Assembly: GCA_051277905.1 (NCBI GenBank)
Contig: JBNMQI010000002.1
Span: 1 to 59,139 of the forward strand
Source of the DNA: Gammaproteobacteria bacterium
GTDB taxonomy: Bacteria; Pseudomonadota; Gammaproteobacteria; GCA-001735895
Reading direction: 5' to 3'
DNA length: 59,139 nucleotides
Positions 8,213-18,020 of the stretch are shown one piece after another. The first letter of the stretch is position 1. Each line of letters begins with the position of its first letter. The notes beneath the pieces are model-generated. The model searched no databases. It was not told where the DNA came from and saw only the letters and a list, made by a program, of their open reading frames with translations. The translations under genes were made by a program, and so were the position numbers.

Positions 8213-11116
8213 CTACTCCTTACCTGATCTATTTTTTGAGCCGCTGTTAAGCAACCCCTTTGCAAAAGATTGCCATAGGCCACGAGCGGGCTCCATACCT
8301 GGTACTCGTTTCATGGTGTCGAATTGTGGCGATGTTTCTTTTGGCTCGTCATCACCCGCTTTATAAACACGAACCCGTAAATCGTACCAAGCGGCCTGTC
8401 CTGTAATGGGGTCAGAATTAGAATAAACCCCCTGACCCTTGCCTGATGGAATTTCTTCACTAATCAAATGATTTAATAAGAAGCCTTTTTTCGATTCATT
8501 CGCTTTGTCATCTAGTGACCAGCTACCTGAGGCTTTGCCAATTGCATTCCAAGTCCAAACCGTGCCTGGCTCTACCGATTCACTGAACCGGCACATACAT
8601 CTAACTTTGCCGTGAGCTGATTCAGCCCAAATCCAGTCGCCATCACCAAAGCCATGCTCTGCGCCAACTCTCGGACTCATGAACAGGTAGTTGTGTGCAT
8701 GAATTTGGCGCAGCCAAGCATTTTGAGAATCCCAAGAATGATACATCGCCATCGGACGCTGGGTTATGGCATTTAAGGGATATAGGTCTTTGTCAATAGT
8801 CTGCGTTTCCAGTGGCTCAGAATAAAACGGTAATGGGTCGAAATGTAGGCGTACCCTTTCACGCAGGTGGTCAGGTGGCTGACGACCTTCCCGTTTTCCT
8901 TCTGCAGCTAAACGGAATTTCTGAAGGATTTCAGAATAAACATGTATATTAATGGGATCAGTATGGCGAATCATGCTGTGGTCTTGCGCCCAATGTAAGT
9001 AACCCCTGTTCCAGTTACGCATATATTGATAAGACTTTGGCAGCTCGTACTGAAAAACGCAGTCATTTTTAGCATACATTTCCCATTGATTCGGGTTTGG
9101 CTCACCCCGCAAGGACTTTTCACCATTCTTACCGCGCCAACCCGCCAAAAAGCCAATACCAGAACCTATCTCGGTTTCATAATTTATGACTAAATCTTTA
9201 TAGTCTTTAAATTTTCTCGTGCCGTCTAGGTTCATAAATCGAGGCAGTTTAAGCCTTGAACCCAGTTCAACAATGACATCTTGGAATGGACGACATTCTC
9301 CTTTGGGTGGTACGACAGGCACCCTTACTGAGTCAGCAGGGCCTTGGAATTCAGAAATAGGCCTGTCGAGCATGGACATTGCATCGTGTCGTTCGAGATA
9401 AGTCGTATCGGGTAATACAATGTCGGCAAACGCTATGGTTTCAGAATGAAAAGCATCACAGACGATTAAAAATGGGATTTTATATTCGCCATCTTCTCTC
9501 TTATCAGTGAGCATTTCACGAACACGTGATGTATTCATTGATGAATTCCACGCCATGTTGGCCATAAACAACATCAAGGTATCAATCGGGTAAGGATCAC
9601 CACGCCATGCGTTGGTAATTGCATTGTGCATTAAGCCATGCACTGACAACGGATATTCCCACGAGAATCCTTTATCTAATCGTACTGGACCACCTTCATC
9701 ATCGACGAATAAATCTTCAGGTGAGGCTGGAAAACCGAGTGGCATACCTTCTAATGGTGAGCCTGGTTGAACATCTTCAGGCGACTTAGGTGGTTTTGCA
9801 CAGGGTGGAATTGGACGCGGGAATGGTGCTTTATGACGAAATCCGCCTGGACGATCAATTGTACCCAATAGGGACATCAATATACCCAAGGAACGAATGG
9901 TCTGAAACCCATTGGAATGCGCCGCTAAGCCACGCATAGCGTGGAATGACACTGGATTTCCTGTGATTGATTCGTGCTCATTACCCCAAGCATCGGTCCA
10001 TGGGATCGGTAGCTCAATTGTTTCATCACGCGCAACAATACCCATTTCATGCGCTAGTCGGCGAATCGTATCAGCCGAAATTCCGGTAATTTCTGCAGCC
10101 CACTCGGGTGTATATTTTTCAACTCGTTCTTTTAGTAATTGAAATGATGGTTTTACCTTTGTGCCATCTTCTAATTCAAATTCACCCATTAATCGTGGGT
10201 CAGCACCTTCAGTATGCGAAGACACCGCTTGATCGGTATGTCTGTCCCACCACATTTTATTTTCAGGCTCGACACATTTTTTATCTTCAGTTAATTCAGA
10301 GCGGATGAACATACCAAAGGTATCACTGTCCTCTTCTACATTGACCAGATCAGGTGAGTTACTGTACTTTGATAAAAAATCTCGATCAAACAGGCCCTGT
10401 TTAATAATTTCATGATTAATAGCGAGTAATAAAGCGCCATCAGTACCGGGCTTTATGGGTACCCACTCATCTGCAATGGCGGCATAGCCAGTTCGCACTG
10501 GGTTGATAGCGATAAATTTTCCACCATTTCGTTTAAACTGAGCTAACTCAGCCTTCATTGGGTTGGAGTGGTGATCTTCTGCTGTGCCGATCATGATAAA
10601 TAATTTTGAACGCTCAAGGTCAGGTCCACCGAATTCCCAGAACGATCCGCCGATCGTATAGATTAATCCAGCGGCCATGTTGACAGAACAAAAACCACCG
10701 TGAGCCGCATAGTTTGGCGTGCCAAATTGTTTTGCAAACAACCCTGTCAAAGCCTGCATCTGGTCGCGACCAGTAAACAGTGCGAACTGTTTAGGGTCAG
10801 TTTCACGGATATGCTCTAAGCGCTTACTAATGGTATCGAGAGCTTCTTCCCAAGAAATTTCTTCAAACGCAGACGTTCCGCGCTCGGCACCGGGTATTCG
10901 TCGTAATGGTTTAGTAATGCGCGCAGGTGAATACTGCTTCATAATGCCTGAAGAGCCTTTCGCACAAATAACACCCTTGTTGATTGGATGATTTGGATTC
11001 CCTTCAATGTAGCGGACTTCCCCATCTTCGACTGTTACGTTAATTCCACACCGACAGGCACACATGTAACAGGTAGTTGATTTAATTTCGCTTTTTTCTA
11101 TTACGGTGGCTGTCAT
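8213..11116 (-). CDS. Molybdopterin (bis-MGD) oxidoreductase catalytic subunit without Tat signal (SoeA-like architecture)
   Basis: N-terminal FeS0 motif 'CYMCACRCG...CAKG' begins ~20 aa from the start, with no twin-arginine leader. ~967 aa. Start set at ATG 11116; the tracked ORF opens at TTG 11131. Neither start has a well-spaced RBS. Confidence 0.8.
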   Translation of the reverse strand: MTATVIEKSEIKSTTCYMCACRCGINVTVEDGEVRYIEGNPNHPINKGVICAKGSSGIMKQYSPARITKPLRRIPGAERGTSAFEEISWEEALDTISKRLEHIRETDPKQFALFTGRDQMQALTGLFAKQFGTPNYAAHGGFCSVNMAAGLIYTIGGSFWEFGGPDLERSKLFIMIGTAEDHHSNPMKAELAQFKRNGGKFIAINPVRTGYAAIADEWVPIKPGTDGALLLAINHEIIKQGLFDRDFLSKYSNSPDLVNVEEDSDTFGMFIRSELTEDKKCVEPENKMWWDRHTDQAVSSHTEGADPRLMGEFELEDGTKVKPSFQLLKERVEKYTPEWAAEITGISADTIRRLAHEMGIVARDETIELPIPWTDAWGNEHESITGNPVSFHAMRGLAAHSNGFQTIRSLGILMSLLGTIDRPGGFRHKAPFPRPIPPCAKPPKSPEDVQPGSPLEGMPLGFPASPEDLFVDDEGGPVRLDKGFSWEYPLSVHGLMHNAITNAWRGDPYPIDTLMLFMANMAWNSSMNTSRVREMLTDKREDGEYKIPFLIVCDAFHSETIAFADIVLPDTTYLERHDAMSMLDRPISEFQGPADSVRVPVVPPKGECRPFQDVIVELGSRLKLPRFMNLDGTRKFKDYKDLVINYETEIGSGIGFLAGWRGKNGEKSLRGEPNPNQWEMYAKNDCVFQYELPKSYQYMRNWNRGYLHWAQDHSMIRHTDPINIHVYSEILQKFRLAAEGKREGRQPPDHLRERVRLHFDPLPFYSEPLETQTIDKDLYPLNAITQRPMAMYHSWDSQNAWLRQIHAHNYLFMSPRVGAEHGFGDGDWIWAESAHGKVRCMCRFSESVEPGTVWTWNAIGKASGSWSLDDKANESKKGFLLNHLISEEIPSGKGQGVYSNSDPITGQAAWYDLRVRVYKAGDDEPKETSPQFDTMKRVPGMEPARGLWQSFAKGLLNSGSKNRSGKE

Positions 11117-11355
11117 TAGAATGCAATCCAAATCCTATGATTAGATCAATTATTTTCAATTGATAAACCTTTATAAGCAACTTAAAAATTTTAATTGGGG
11201 GAGTAAAAAAATTAATAGCATATGTCCCATATACAGAGATGTTGTCATAAATATGACTTATTTAGGGTTTACTAAGCATTGATTTAGAACTTAGCTTCTA
11301 ACAAGCACTTTGATCTATATTTTTAAATATTAAGCAGTGAATTTTATTGTCATGA

Positions 11356-11875
11356 TTGAAGTTAAAGACTGCTCTTTTTAACACTATTTTAAGTGTCTAC
11401 GAACCCAGCTCTAACAGTATTTTTCTGGGTGGTGAAGATATCACAGGGCTGCAAACACATCAGCTATTCCCCGAGGGCTTACTTCGGACCTTTCAGATTG
11501 CACATGAATTCCCAATTTTGACTTTCATAGAAAACCTAATGATGCTGCTAAGTAATAAATCAGGTGGGGAATTATTTAATGTGTTATTCCGCCGAGGCCA
11601 AGTAAGAGAAGAAGAAAAGAAAGTCTATAAGAAGTTATGGAAGTAATCGACTTTCTTAAATTAACCCATACTGCTGATGAGTTGGCAGGCAATTTATCGG
11701 GTAGGCAAAAACACTCGGAATTGGAAGAACTAGAATGGTTGATGCCGAAATGGTATTTCTTGATAAAATTGGCGCGGGTGTTAAACGAAACTATCTACAA
11801 TATGTTGGTGACGCCATCGGATTTTTATTCAGACCACATTTTGCAGTTGATGGCATGATTGCTGCTCAAGCTTGA
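11356..11875 (+). pseudogene. Decayed LivG/LivF-type (branched-chain amino-acid) ABC transporter ATP-binding gene
   Basis: Homology to an ABC ATPase is spread over all three + frames. Frame 1: 'KTALFN...GEDITGL...LRTFQ...LTFIENL' (Walker A lost, Q-loop region kept). Frame 0: 'ADELAGNLSGRQ' (ABC signature LSGGQ). Frame 2 from 11756: 'FLDKIGAGVK' (Walker B, LLDEPAAG-like). It is truncated at both ends. Confidence 0.65.
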
Positions 11876-12045
11876 GTGACTCCTAGAAGTATTATACTTG
11901 AATTTTATCTATTTTTTGCAAACTCAGGTCACTTCCAGCGGCCCTTTCAATATCGTTTCAAGGAGAGCAGGTTGATAACAATATTGCTATCAACCCTGTT
12001 CATAAAAATGTATACCTAAAGAACCAACAAAATGAAGCTCTTTAT

Positions 12046-13257
12046 TTACTTTTTGCCCGCAATTTTCAACCGTAAGGCATTCAGTTTGATGAAGCCTTCA
12101 GCGTCTTTCTGATCATAGGCGCCCAAATCATCTTCAAACGTAACAATGGCTTCGTCATACAAACTGTTGGTATCAGACTTCCTACCAGCAATCATTACGT
12201 TGCCTTTGTAAAGCTTAACCTTAACAATTCCATTAACTGTGACCTGAGAAGCATCAATCATTTGTTGCATCATGAGACGTTCTGGACTCCACCAGTAGCC
12301 ATTGTAGATAAGTGTTGCGTATTTTGGCATCAACTCGTCTTTTAAATGAGCCACTTCACGGTCTAGCGTAATTGATTCGATAGCTCGGTGAGCTTTCAAC
12401 ATGACGGTGCCGCCAGGTGTCTCGTAACAGCCACGGGACTTCATGCCAACATAGCGATTTTCGACCATATCTAATCGACCTACACCATGTTCTCCTGCAA
12501 CTTTATTTAAGTGTCTTAACACTTCAGCTGGTGACATTGACTCGCCATCAATGGCCACAATGTCACCTTTTGCATAGGTTAGCTCTATATATAGAGGCAT
12601 GTTGGGCGCTTTTTCAAGTGAAACGGTTTTGCGCCACATATCTTCTTCTGGCTCTAACCATGGATCTTCGAGAATGCCGCCTTCGTATGAAATATGCAGC
12701 ATGTTTGCATCCATCGAATAAGGCGATTTCTGACCTAATTTTTGTTCTATCGCAATGCCTGCTTTATCAGCATAGGCCATCAAACTTTCACGTGAGTTTA
12801 GATCCCACTCACGCCAGGGGGCTATAACCCGGATATCTGGGTTGAGTGCATAAGCACCTAGCTCGAAGCGGACTTGATCATTACCTTTACCCGTTGCACC
12901 ATGAGAAACAGCGTCTGCCCCGGTTTCTTTGGCTATTTCTATCAAACGCTTAGAAATTAATGGACGGGCGATCGATGTTCCTAATAGGTATTCACCTTCA
13001 TAAATAGCATTGGCTCTAAACATAGGAAATACGAAGTCACGTACAAATTCTTCTTGTAAGTCTTCTATATAAATTTCTTTGACGCCATATTTTTCAGCTT
13101 TGATACGGGCGGGTTCGAGTTCTTCCCCCTGCCCTATATCAGCCGTAAAGGTAACGACTTCACAGTCATATTCATCTTCCAACCATTTCAATATAACCGA
13201 GGTATCGAGTCCACCTGAATAGGCAAGAACGACTTTATTTACCGATGATTTGCTCAT
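12046..13257 (-). CDS. argG: Argininosuccinate synthase
   Basis: '[13 protein letters not shown]' ATP-PPase motif and full-length colinearity with ArgG. Start set at ATG 13257 ('MSKSSVNK'); the tracked ORF extends 17 codons further upstream. Confidence 0.95.
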   Translation of the reverse strand: MSKSSVNKVVLAYSGGLDTSVILKWLEDEYDCEVVTFTADIGQGEELEPARIKAEKYGVKEIYIEDLQEEFVRDFVFPMFRANAIYEGEYLLGTSIARPLISKRLIEIAKETGADAVSHGATGKGNDQVRFELGAYALNPDIRVIAPWREWDLNSRESLMAYADKAGIAIEQKLGQKSPYSMDANMLHISYEGGILEDPWLEPEEDMWRKTVSLEKAPNMPLYIELTYAKGDIVAIDGESMSPAEVLRHLNKVAGEHGVGRLDMVENRYVGMKSRGCYETPGGTVMLKAHRAIESITLDREVAHLKDELMPKYATLIYNGYWWSPERLMMQQMIDASQVTVNGIVKVKLYKGNVMIAGRKSDTNSLYDEAIVTFEDDLGAYDQKDAEGFIKLNALRLKIAGKK

Positions 13258-13391
13258 AATTTTCCTATTAATCGTAGCCCAGAATTGATGGTGACCGGGA
13301 AATTTCAAAAAGTACGCTATTGTCGTTAGTATTGTGTTAAAAATCCAGCTTCTGGGTATAATCTGTCACACTTAATTATAAGGTAAAGACA

Positions 13392-14108
13392 ATGTCTAAC
13401 AGTGGATTCAAAATACACACGCTTGAACTAGGACCCATGTTGAACTTTGTCTATCTAATTGAAGATATCGCTACCCAACGCACCGCTGTAGTCGACCCCG
13501 CTTGGGATTCGCATGCCATTATTACAGCGGCCGAAGAATTCGACCTGACAATTACTGATATTTTATTGACCCATAGTCACCACGACCATATCAATGGTAT
13601 CGAAGGCATTTTAGAGCATAACCATGCTAAAATTCATTTACTTAAACCTGAGTTTGAGTTTTGGGGCAGTGATATAGCCAAACCCTGTTTGCACCATGGT
13701 GGTGATGATATTACTCTCGGTGAAAGTCAAATAAAAGTCTTACACACGCCAGGACATACCCCTGGCTCAGCCTGCTATCAACTCGGCAATGAGATTATTA
13801 CTGGCGATACTCTATTCGTCTTTGGCTGTGGTCGTTGTGATTTAAGTGGCGGCAATCCACAGGAAATGTTTGAGACTTTAAAGCAAATGAAGCGTGAACT
13901 TCCTAATGATATGCTGATTCATCCTGGTCATAATTATTCGGTTAAAAAAACCTGCACCTTTGCAGAGCAATTAGAGGGTAATCCTTTTTTGCATTATGAG
14001 GATGAATCTGAATTTATTAATTATCGAATGGATGTCCACGATAAAACTCGAGATGAACCTTACGATAGTTTAAACAAACAAAACCTTAGAATTGCCCATT
14101 TGCTATAG
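13392..14108 (+). CDS. MBL-fold metallo-hydrolase (hydroxyacylglutathione-hydrolase-like)
   Basis: 'THSHHDHINGI' zinc motif and 'HTPGHTPGS'. Confidence 0.85.
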   Translation: MSNSGFKIHTLELGPMLNFVYLIEDIATQRTAVVDPAWDSHAIITAAEEFDLTITDILLTHSHHDHINGIEGILEHNHAKIHLLKPEFEFWGSDIAKPCLHHGGDDITLGESQIKVLHTPGHTPGSACYQLGNEIITGDTLFVFGCGRCDLSGGNPQEMFETLKQMKRELPNDMLIHPGHNYSVKKTCTFAEQLEGNPFLHYEDESEFINYRMDVHDKTRDEPYDSLNKQNLRIAHLL

Positions 14109-14705
14109 GTACTGATGGATTTCTGAAAACTGCCGTATACTAATATCAGTCACTTCTGGCCAGACAAAATCGCCAGCTGGATCAAGGTGTATTGTTGCCA
14201 CTTTGGCATTTCTACCAGCCTGCAAATCAAACCAATAGTCACCTACCATCACCGCATCACTCGGCTCAGCCCGCCACTCTTTAAGCAAATGATTAATGCC
14301 GTCAGGGGATGGCTTAGGCGAACAGGAATCCCGATCTAAACGGTGCTCAATAGGAAAAAAATGGCCTATACCGCATGCATTCAATGTAGTTTCGACAACG
14401 GGCATAACGTTACGAGTGAGTAATCCTAATTTTGCACCCCGTGTCTGCAACTTTTCAAGTAACTCGGGCACACCTGGCATTAGTATCGATTTCTCCGCAA
14501 AATGGCATTCAAGCTCATCTAGCTTTAACCAAAGAGGTGCTGATTGTTCATTTGGCATAGCGTGTAATGCTTCTAAAATCGGCACATCGGCTTCTAGGCC
14601 TAGTTCGTTACGCATATAATCGAAATCATGGGCGCTGATGGTTAACGTGCCATCCATATCGAAAATCCAATGATTACGCTGGTCTAAACGATGTAACTTC
14701 CACAT
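14103..14705 (-). CDS. HAD-family hydrolase
   Basis: Motif I 'FDMDGTL', motif III/IV 'KPSPDG ... MVGDYWFDLQAG'. Its 3' end overlaps the convergent MBL gene by 6 nt. Confidence 0.8.
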   Translation of the reverse strand: MWKLHRLDQRNHWIFDMDGTLTISAHDFDYMRNELGLEADVPILEALHAMPNEQSAPLWLKLDELECHFAEKSILMPGVPELLEKLQTRGAKLGLLTRNVMPVVETTLNACGIGHFFPIEHRLDRDSCSPKPSPDGINHLLKEWRAEPSDAVMVGDYWFDLQAGRNAKVATIHLDPAGDFVWPEVTDISIRQFSEIHQYL

Positions 14706-14849
14706 TAATTTATTGCCTCTATTGGGATACCATTATGCTAAACGCAAGGTCATTATTATTGTTATTCACTAACAATGATATCTGAATCACAAATAGTGTA
14801 TTCTAAACTCTTGTAAAAAACTGACTAATTTTAATTAACGGATTTTAAT

Positions 14850-15332
14850 ATGACGATCAATATTGGTGAAAAAATTCCTTCAATCACATTGCAATATATG
14901 GATGGCTCTAGCATTAAAAATGAGTCTACCGACAAATTGTTTTCAGGCAAGAAAGTGGCATTATTTGCACTGCCTGGCGCATTTACGCCAACTTGCTCAG
15001 CATCTCACCTGCCGGGTTATGTTATTAAATCAGAAGCCTTATTCTCCAAGGGTATTGACCTGATTGTTTGTCTTTCGGTGAATGATGCCTTTGTTATGAG
15101 TGCCTGGGGAGAACAACACAATGCGCAGGATCGCGTTATGATGGTGGCGGATGGCAGCGCAAACTTTACTCAGGCGGTAGGACTTGAGTTAGATTTGACG
15201 GATAATGGTATGGGCATTCGATCACAACGTTATTCGATGCTGATTAACGATGGTGTGGTCGAAGTACTGAATATTGAAGCCGCCGGTAAATTTGAAGTGA
15301 GCGATGCAGACACCATGCTGGCCAACCTTTAA
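14850..15332 (+). CDS. Peroxiredoxin, Prx5 (PrxV) subfamily
   Basis: 'ALPGAFTPTCS' peroxidatic Cys motif, 160 aa. Confidence 0.9.
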   Translation: MTINIGEKIPSITLQYMDGSSIKNESTDKLFSGKKVALFALPGAFTPTCSASHLPGYVIKSEALFSKGIDLIVCLSVNDAFVMSAWGEQHNAQDRVMMVADGSANFTQAVGLELDLTDNGMGIRSQRYSMLINDGVVEVLNIEAAGKFEVSDADTMLANL

Positions 15333-15357
15333 ACCACCAAAGCCAACAGACTAAATT

Positions 15358-15993
15358 ATGCCAGCTAATAAAGAATCCAGTGCATTCGTCAGCCAGGCCT
15401 ATAGTTTGACTGACGACAAAAAATCTCATGTTGATTTTTATCGAAAGTGGGCGGCTGATTATGACTACGAAATGCTTGATAAGCTCGGTTACACCTCGCC
15501 TAGCACAATCGCCAGTTTGCTTATCGATAATCTACCTGAGAAATCTTCTCGAATAATTGATATTGGTTGTGGTACTGGGCTAACTTGTACGTTGTTGCAT
15601 GAACAAGGATATACCCATCTTGAGGGCATCGATTTATCACCTGATATGTTACTGGTAGCAAGGCATCGAAATATCTACCGGTCACTTTTCACAGGTGACT
15701 TAAACCTACCTTTGGACGTCGAAAGCGATATTTATGATGCGGCGATTTCCTCGGGCACTTTCACTCATGGTCATGTTGGTGCTGAGCCTTTAGACGAAGT
15801 CATACGGATCTTGAAACCTGGAGGTATTCTAGCGATTACTGTTCACCGTGATTTATGGCAAACACATGGCTTTGAAACGAAACTGGAATCTTTGGTGTCA
15901 TCTAACACCATAGAATACATTACTTTGGAAGAAGGCGCCTATTACAAACAGGGTGCATTAGAAGGCTGGTTTTGTGTTTATCGGAAAAAATAA
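15358..15993 (+). CDS. Class I SAM-dependent methyltransferase
   Basis: Motif I 'IIDIGCGTGL' and motif post-II 'LKPGGILAI'. Confidence 0.8.
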   Translation: MPANKESSAFVSQAYSLTDDKKSHVDFYRKWAADYDYEMLDKLGYTSPSTIASLLIDNLPEKSSRIIDIGCGTGLTCTLLHEQGYTHLEGIDLSPDMLLVARHRNIYRSLFTGDLNLPLDVESDIYDAAISSGTFTHGHVGAEPLDEVIRILKPGGILAITVHRDLWQTHGFETKLESLVSSNTIEYITLEEGAYYKQGALEGWFCVYRKK

Positions 15994-16041
15994 TTTAGCT
16001 CTGATTTAATATTACACTTAAAGCGTCAATGCTTAAAACTA

Positions 16042-17160
16042 CTAAACAGTATTTGATGTATCGATAAAATGTTTGAGTAATGTTGTAAAAAAACAACCAC
16101 TGGGCAAAGTTGCGGTTACTTTAAGTGACTGTGAATCGAAGTCATGAGCAACATTGAACCCCTCTACCGTCGCTCGAGTCGTGCGCATTTGAAGTTTCAC
16201 CTTTTGCGCAACTAGACACTCTACGATCTTAGGATATTGCTGATAAACAGCATTTTCTATTGCTAAAGCGTTTTCAGACAGCATGCTAATCCCATCACCA
16301 AACAAACTGGCCGCACTGGAAATATCTTGCTGTTGGTAACGTTCAAGAATGCTGTCATCAATTGCATCTGAGAATAAAGAATGGCTACCTGACAACATAT
16401 AAACATCGCCTTGTAGAGGCTGATGCCAGTGATTTTGTTCTAGACGCTGGGATAAAATCTGATTAAACAGAAAACTCCGAAGTGAAGAAATATAAAGGCT
16501 ACGCTTGGTTCGGCTAAGCTTTCTGGTTCGCCTCTCATTGGTAAAAGTATGAATCGCACGCTCAACATTATCTTGCTGGGCACCAAAACGTTGCTCTCCA
16601 AAATAGTTCGCCATTCCTGATATTTTCACATCGTCAATTTGCTGCTGAGTTTGGTTTGATAGTTCAGCGACGCCTCTAACGATGACTTCAAAGCTATTAG
16701 AGCGATGACTGCCTGATCTAATTTTTTTATTATGCCAGCCATGTTGCAACAGTGTGTAGTGGGAGGACGATGGAATTTCAACGCTATTCATTTGACCGGG
16801 TAGATGCACACTCAGCCATTGCTGTGTCACGGCTATTTTATCCTTTAAGCCGCTGTAACCAATATCACGGGCTTTAACAGAAAATTCACGCGCTACCTGC
16901 TCTATTAAATCTGGCGTGGTTAAGTTTGTTTTCTCGATGTGAAGAAAAAGATGCTCTCCCTCGCCACAGGCTTCAAAGCCTAAATTTTCACTCACTCGAA
17001 AATCATCAGCTTGGCTTTTTATGACACCAACCTGATGGGGTTCTCCATAGGGATATTTCAATGCTTTAACCTCTTCCCAAGGGATTTTTTTTGGATTTCT
17101 CAGCGACTTTATTTCGAAGATAATTAATTGAAACATGTTCGGCAGAAACAGTGGCTCCAT
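16042..17160 (-). CDS. truD: tRNA pseudouridine(13) synthase TruD (start uncertain)
   Basis: 'DDFRVSENLGFEACGEGEHLFLHIEK', 'GLKDKIAVTQQW' and 'NYFGEQRFG' are TruD hallmarks. The longest ORF overlaps tsaB by 95 nt. The true start is probably internal: ATG 17136, or TTG 17061, which lies 5 nt past the tsaB stop and gives ~339 aa. Confidence 0.85.
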   Translation of the reverse strand: MEPLFLPNMFQLIIFEIKSLRNPKKIPWEEVKALKYPYGEPHQVGVIKSQADDFRVSENLGFEACGEGEHLFLHIEKTNLTTPDLIEQVAREFSVKARDIGYSGLKDKIAVTQQWLSVHLPGQMNSVEIPSSSHYTLLQHGWHNKKIRSGSHRSNSFEVIVRGVAELSNQTQQQIDDVKISGMANYFGEQRFGAQQDNVERAIHTFTNERRTRKLSRTKRSLYISSLRSFLFNQILSQRLEQNHWHQPLQGDVYMLSGSHSLFSDAIDDSILERYQQQDISSAASLFGDGISMLSENALAIENAVYQQYPKIVECLVAQKVKLQMRTTRATVEGFNVAHDFDSQSLKVTATLPSGCFFTTLLKHFIDTSNTV

Positions 17161-17770
17161 TGTTAATCGCCCGCTGCGCCAATTTTAGCAAAGCGGTTGA
17201 ATTAGGTAACAAAGCTGAATCTAGCGTTATTTCTTGCTGCCCTATAAACTTCCGACGCCAAATGTCTTCACCTACCGTCCAACCATGTCCTGTTCCACAG
17301 GCGGGTATATCCCGAAGAAACACATCATCTAGCTTGTTAAGGTTTTCACACCCTTTAAGCTCAGCCAATCCTAGAGCGTCCCTTTCATAGACAGCCCAGT
17401 AAACTTCGCCCATACGGGCATCGAGAGCGACCAGAACATTAGGTACAGAATAGTTATCCAAGCTAGTCTGAGCTAGTAGGGCTAGCGTTGAAATAGACGC
17501 AATCGGTATATCCAAGGCTATTGCTATGCCTTGGGCTGTTGAAGCTGCAATTCGAATACCAGTGAAAGTACCAGGTCCATTGGCAAAGGCGCAATGTGTA
17601 ATATCACGCTTTGACAACTGAGAGTTACTTAAAACTGTATTCATCATCTGTGGGAGTAGTTTAGTGTGCTGACGCGGAGCAACTTCAAACACACTAAATA
17701 CTTTACCATCATCGCGAAGCAAAGCGGCTGAACAGGCCTCCGTGGAGGTATCAATGGCTAAAATATTCAT
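17066..17770 (-). CDS. tsaB: tRNA t6A37 threonylcarbamoyltransferase complex subunit TsaB
   Basis: 'MNILAIDTSTEACSAAL' and 'GPGTFTGIRIA' motifs, 234 aa. Confidence 0.9.
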   Translation of the reverse strand: MNILAIDTSTEACSAALLRDDGKVFSVFEVAPRQHTKLLPQMMNTVLSNSQLSKRDITHCAFANGPGTFTGIRIAASTAQGIAIALDIPIASISTLALLAQTSLDNYSVPNVLVALDARMGEVYWAVYERDALGLAELKGCENLNKLDDVFLRDIPACGTGHGWTVGEDIWRRKFIGQQEITLDSALLPNSTALLKLAQRAINNGATVSAEHVSINYLRNKVAEKSKKNPLGRG

Positions 17771-18020
17771 GCGACTCTTAGGTTGTATTAGGTTATTTTG
17801 TATGACTAAGCCAAGTAGTAATTTAAGTTAACGATTGTGCTAAAAGCTGTATTTATCATGTAAAAAAATAAGCCGACCTTTAATCTAAAAGTAGCTGTAT
17901 CATTTCTATGGGATATTTTTCTTTGCCACTAGTCGATTTTAAAATAAGCTAAATCAGGAATTAATTAGACGATTACGGCCTGAACAGAGCTTCTATTCAT
18001 AAAAAATAGGTTATGTTTAA

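Noticed and set aside
11968-11998. 10-bp bulged hairpin (caggttgata ... tatcaaccctg) downstream of argG
   Set aside because: No U-tract follows it on either strand, so I cannot support a terminator call.
12417-12827. 136-aa + strand ORF inside argG, and similar antisense ORFs inside the molybdoenzyme, dsbD, glnD, purH and dxr genes
   Set aside because: All lie within and opposite strongly supported CDSs, and their translations lack motifs. They are typical shadow ORFs.
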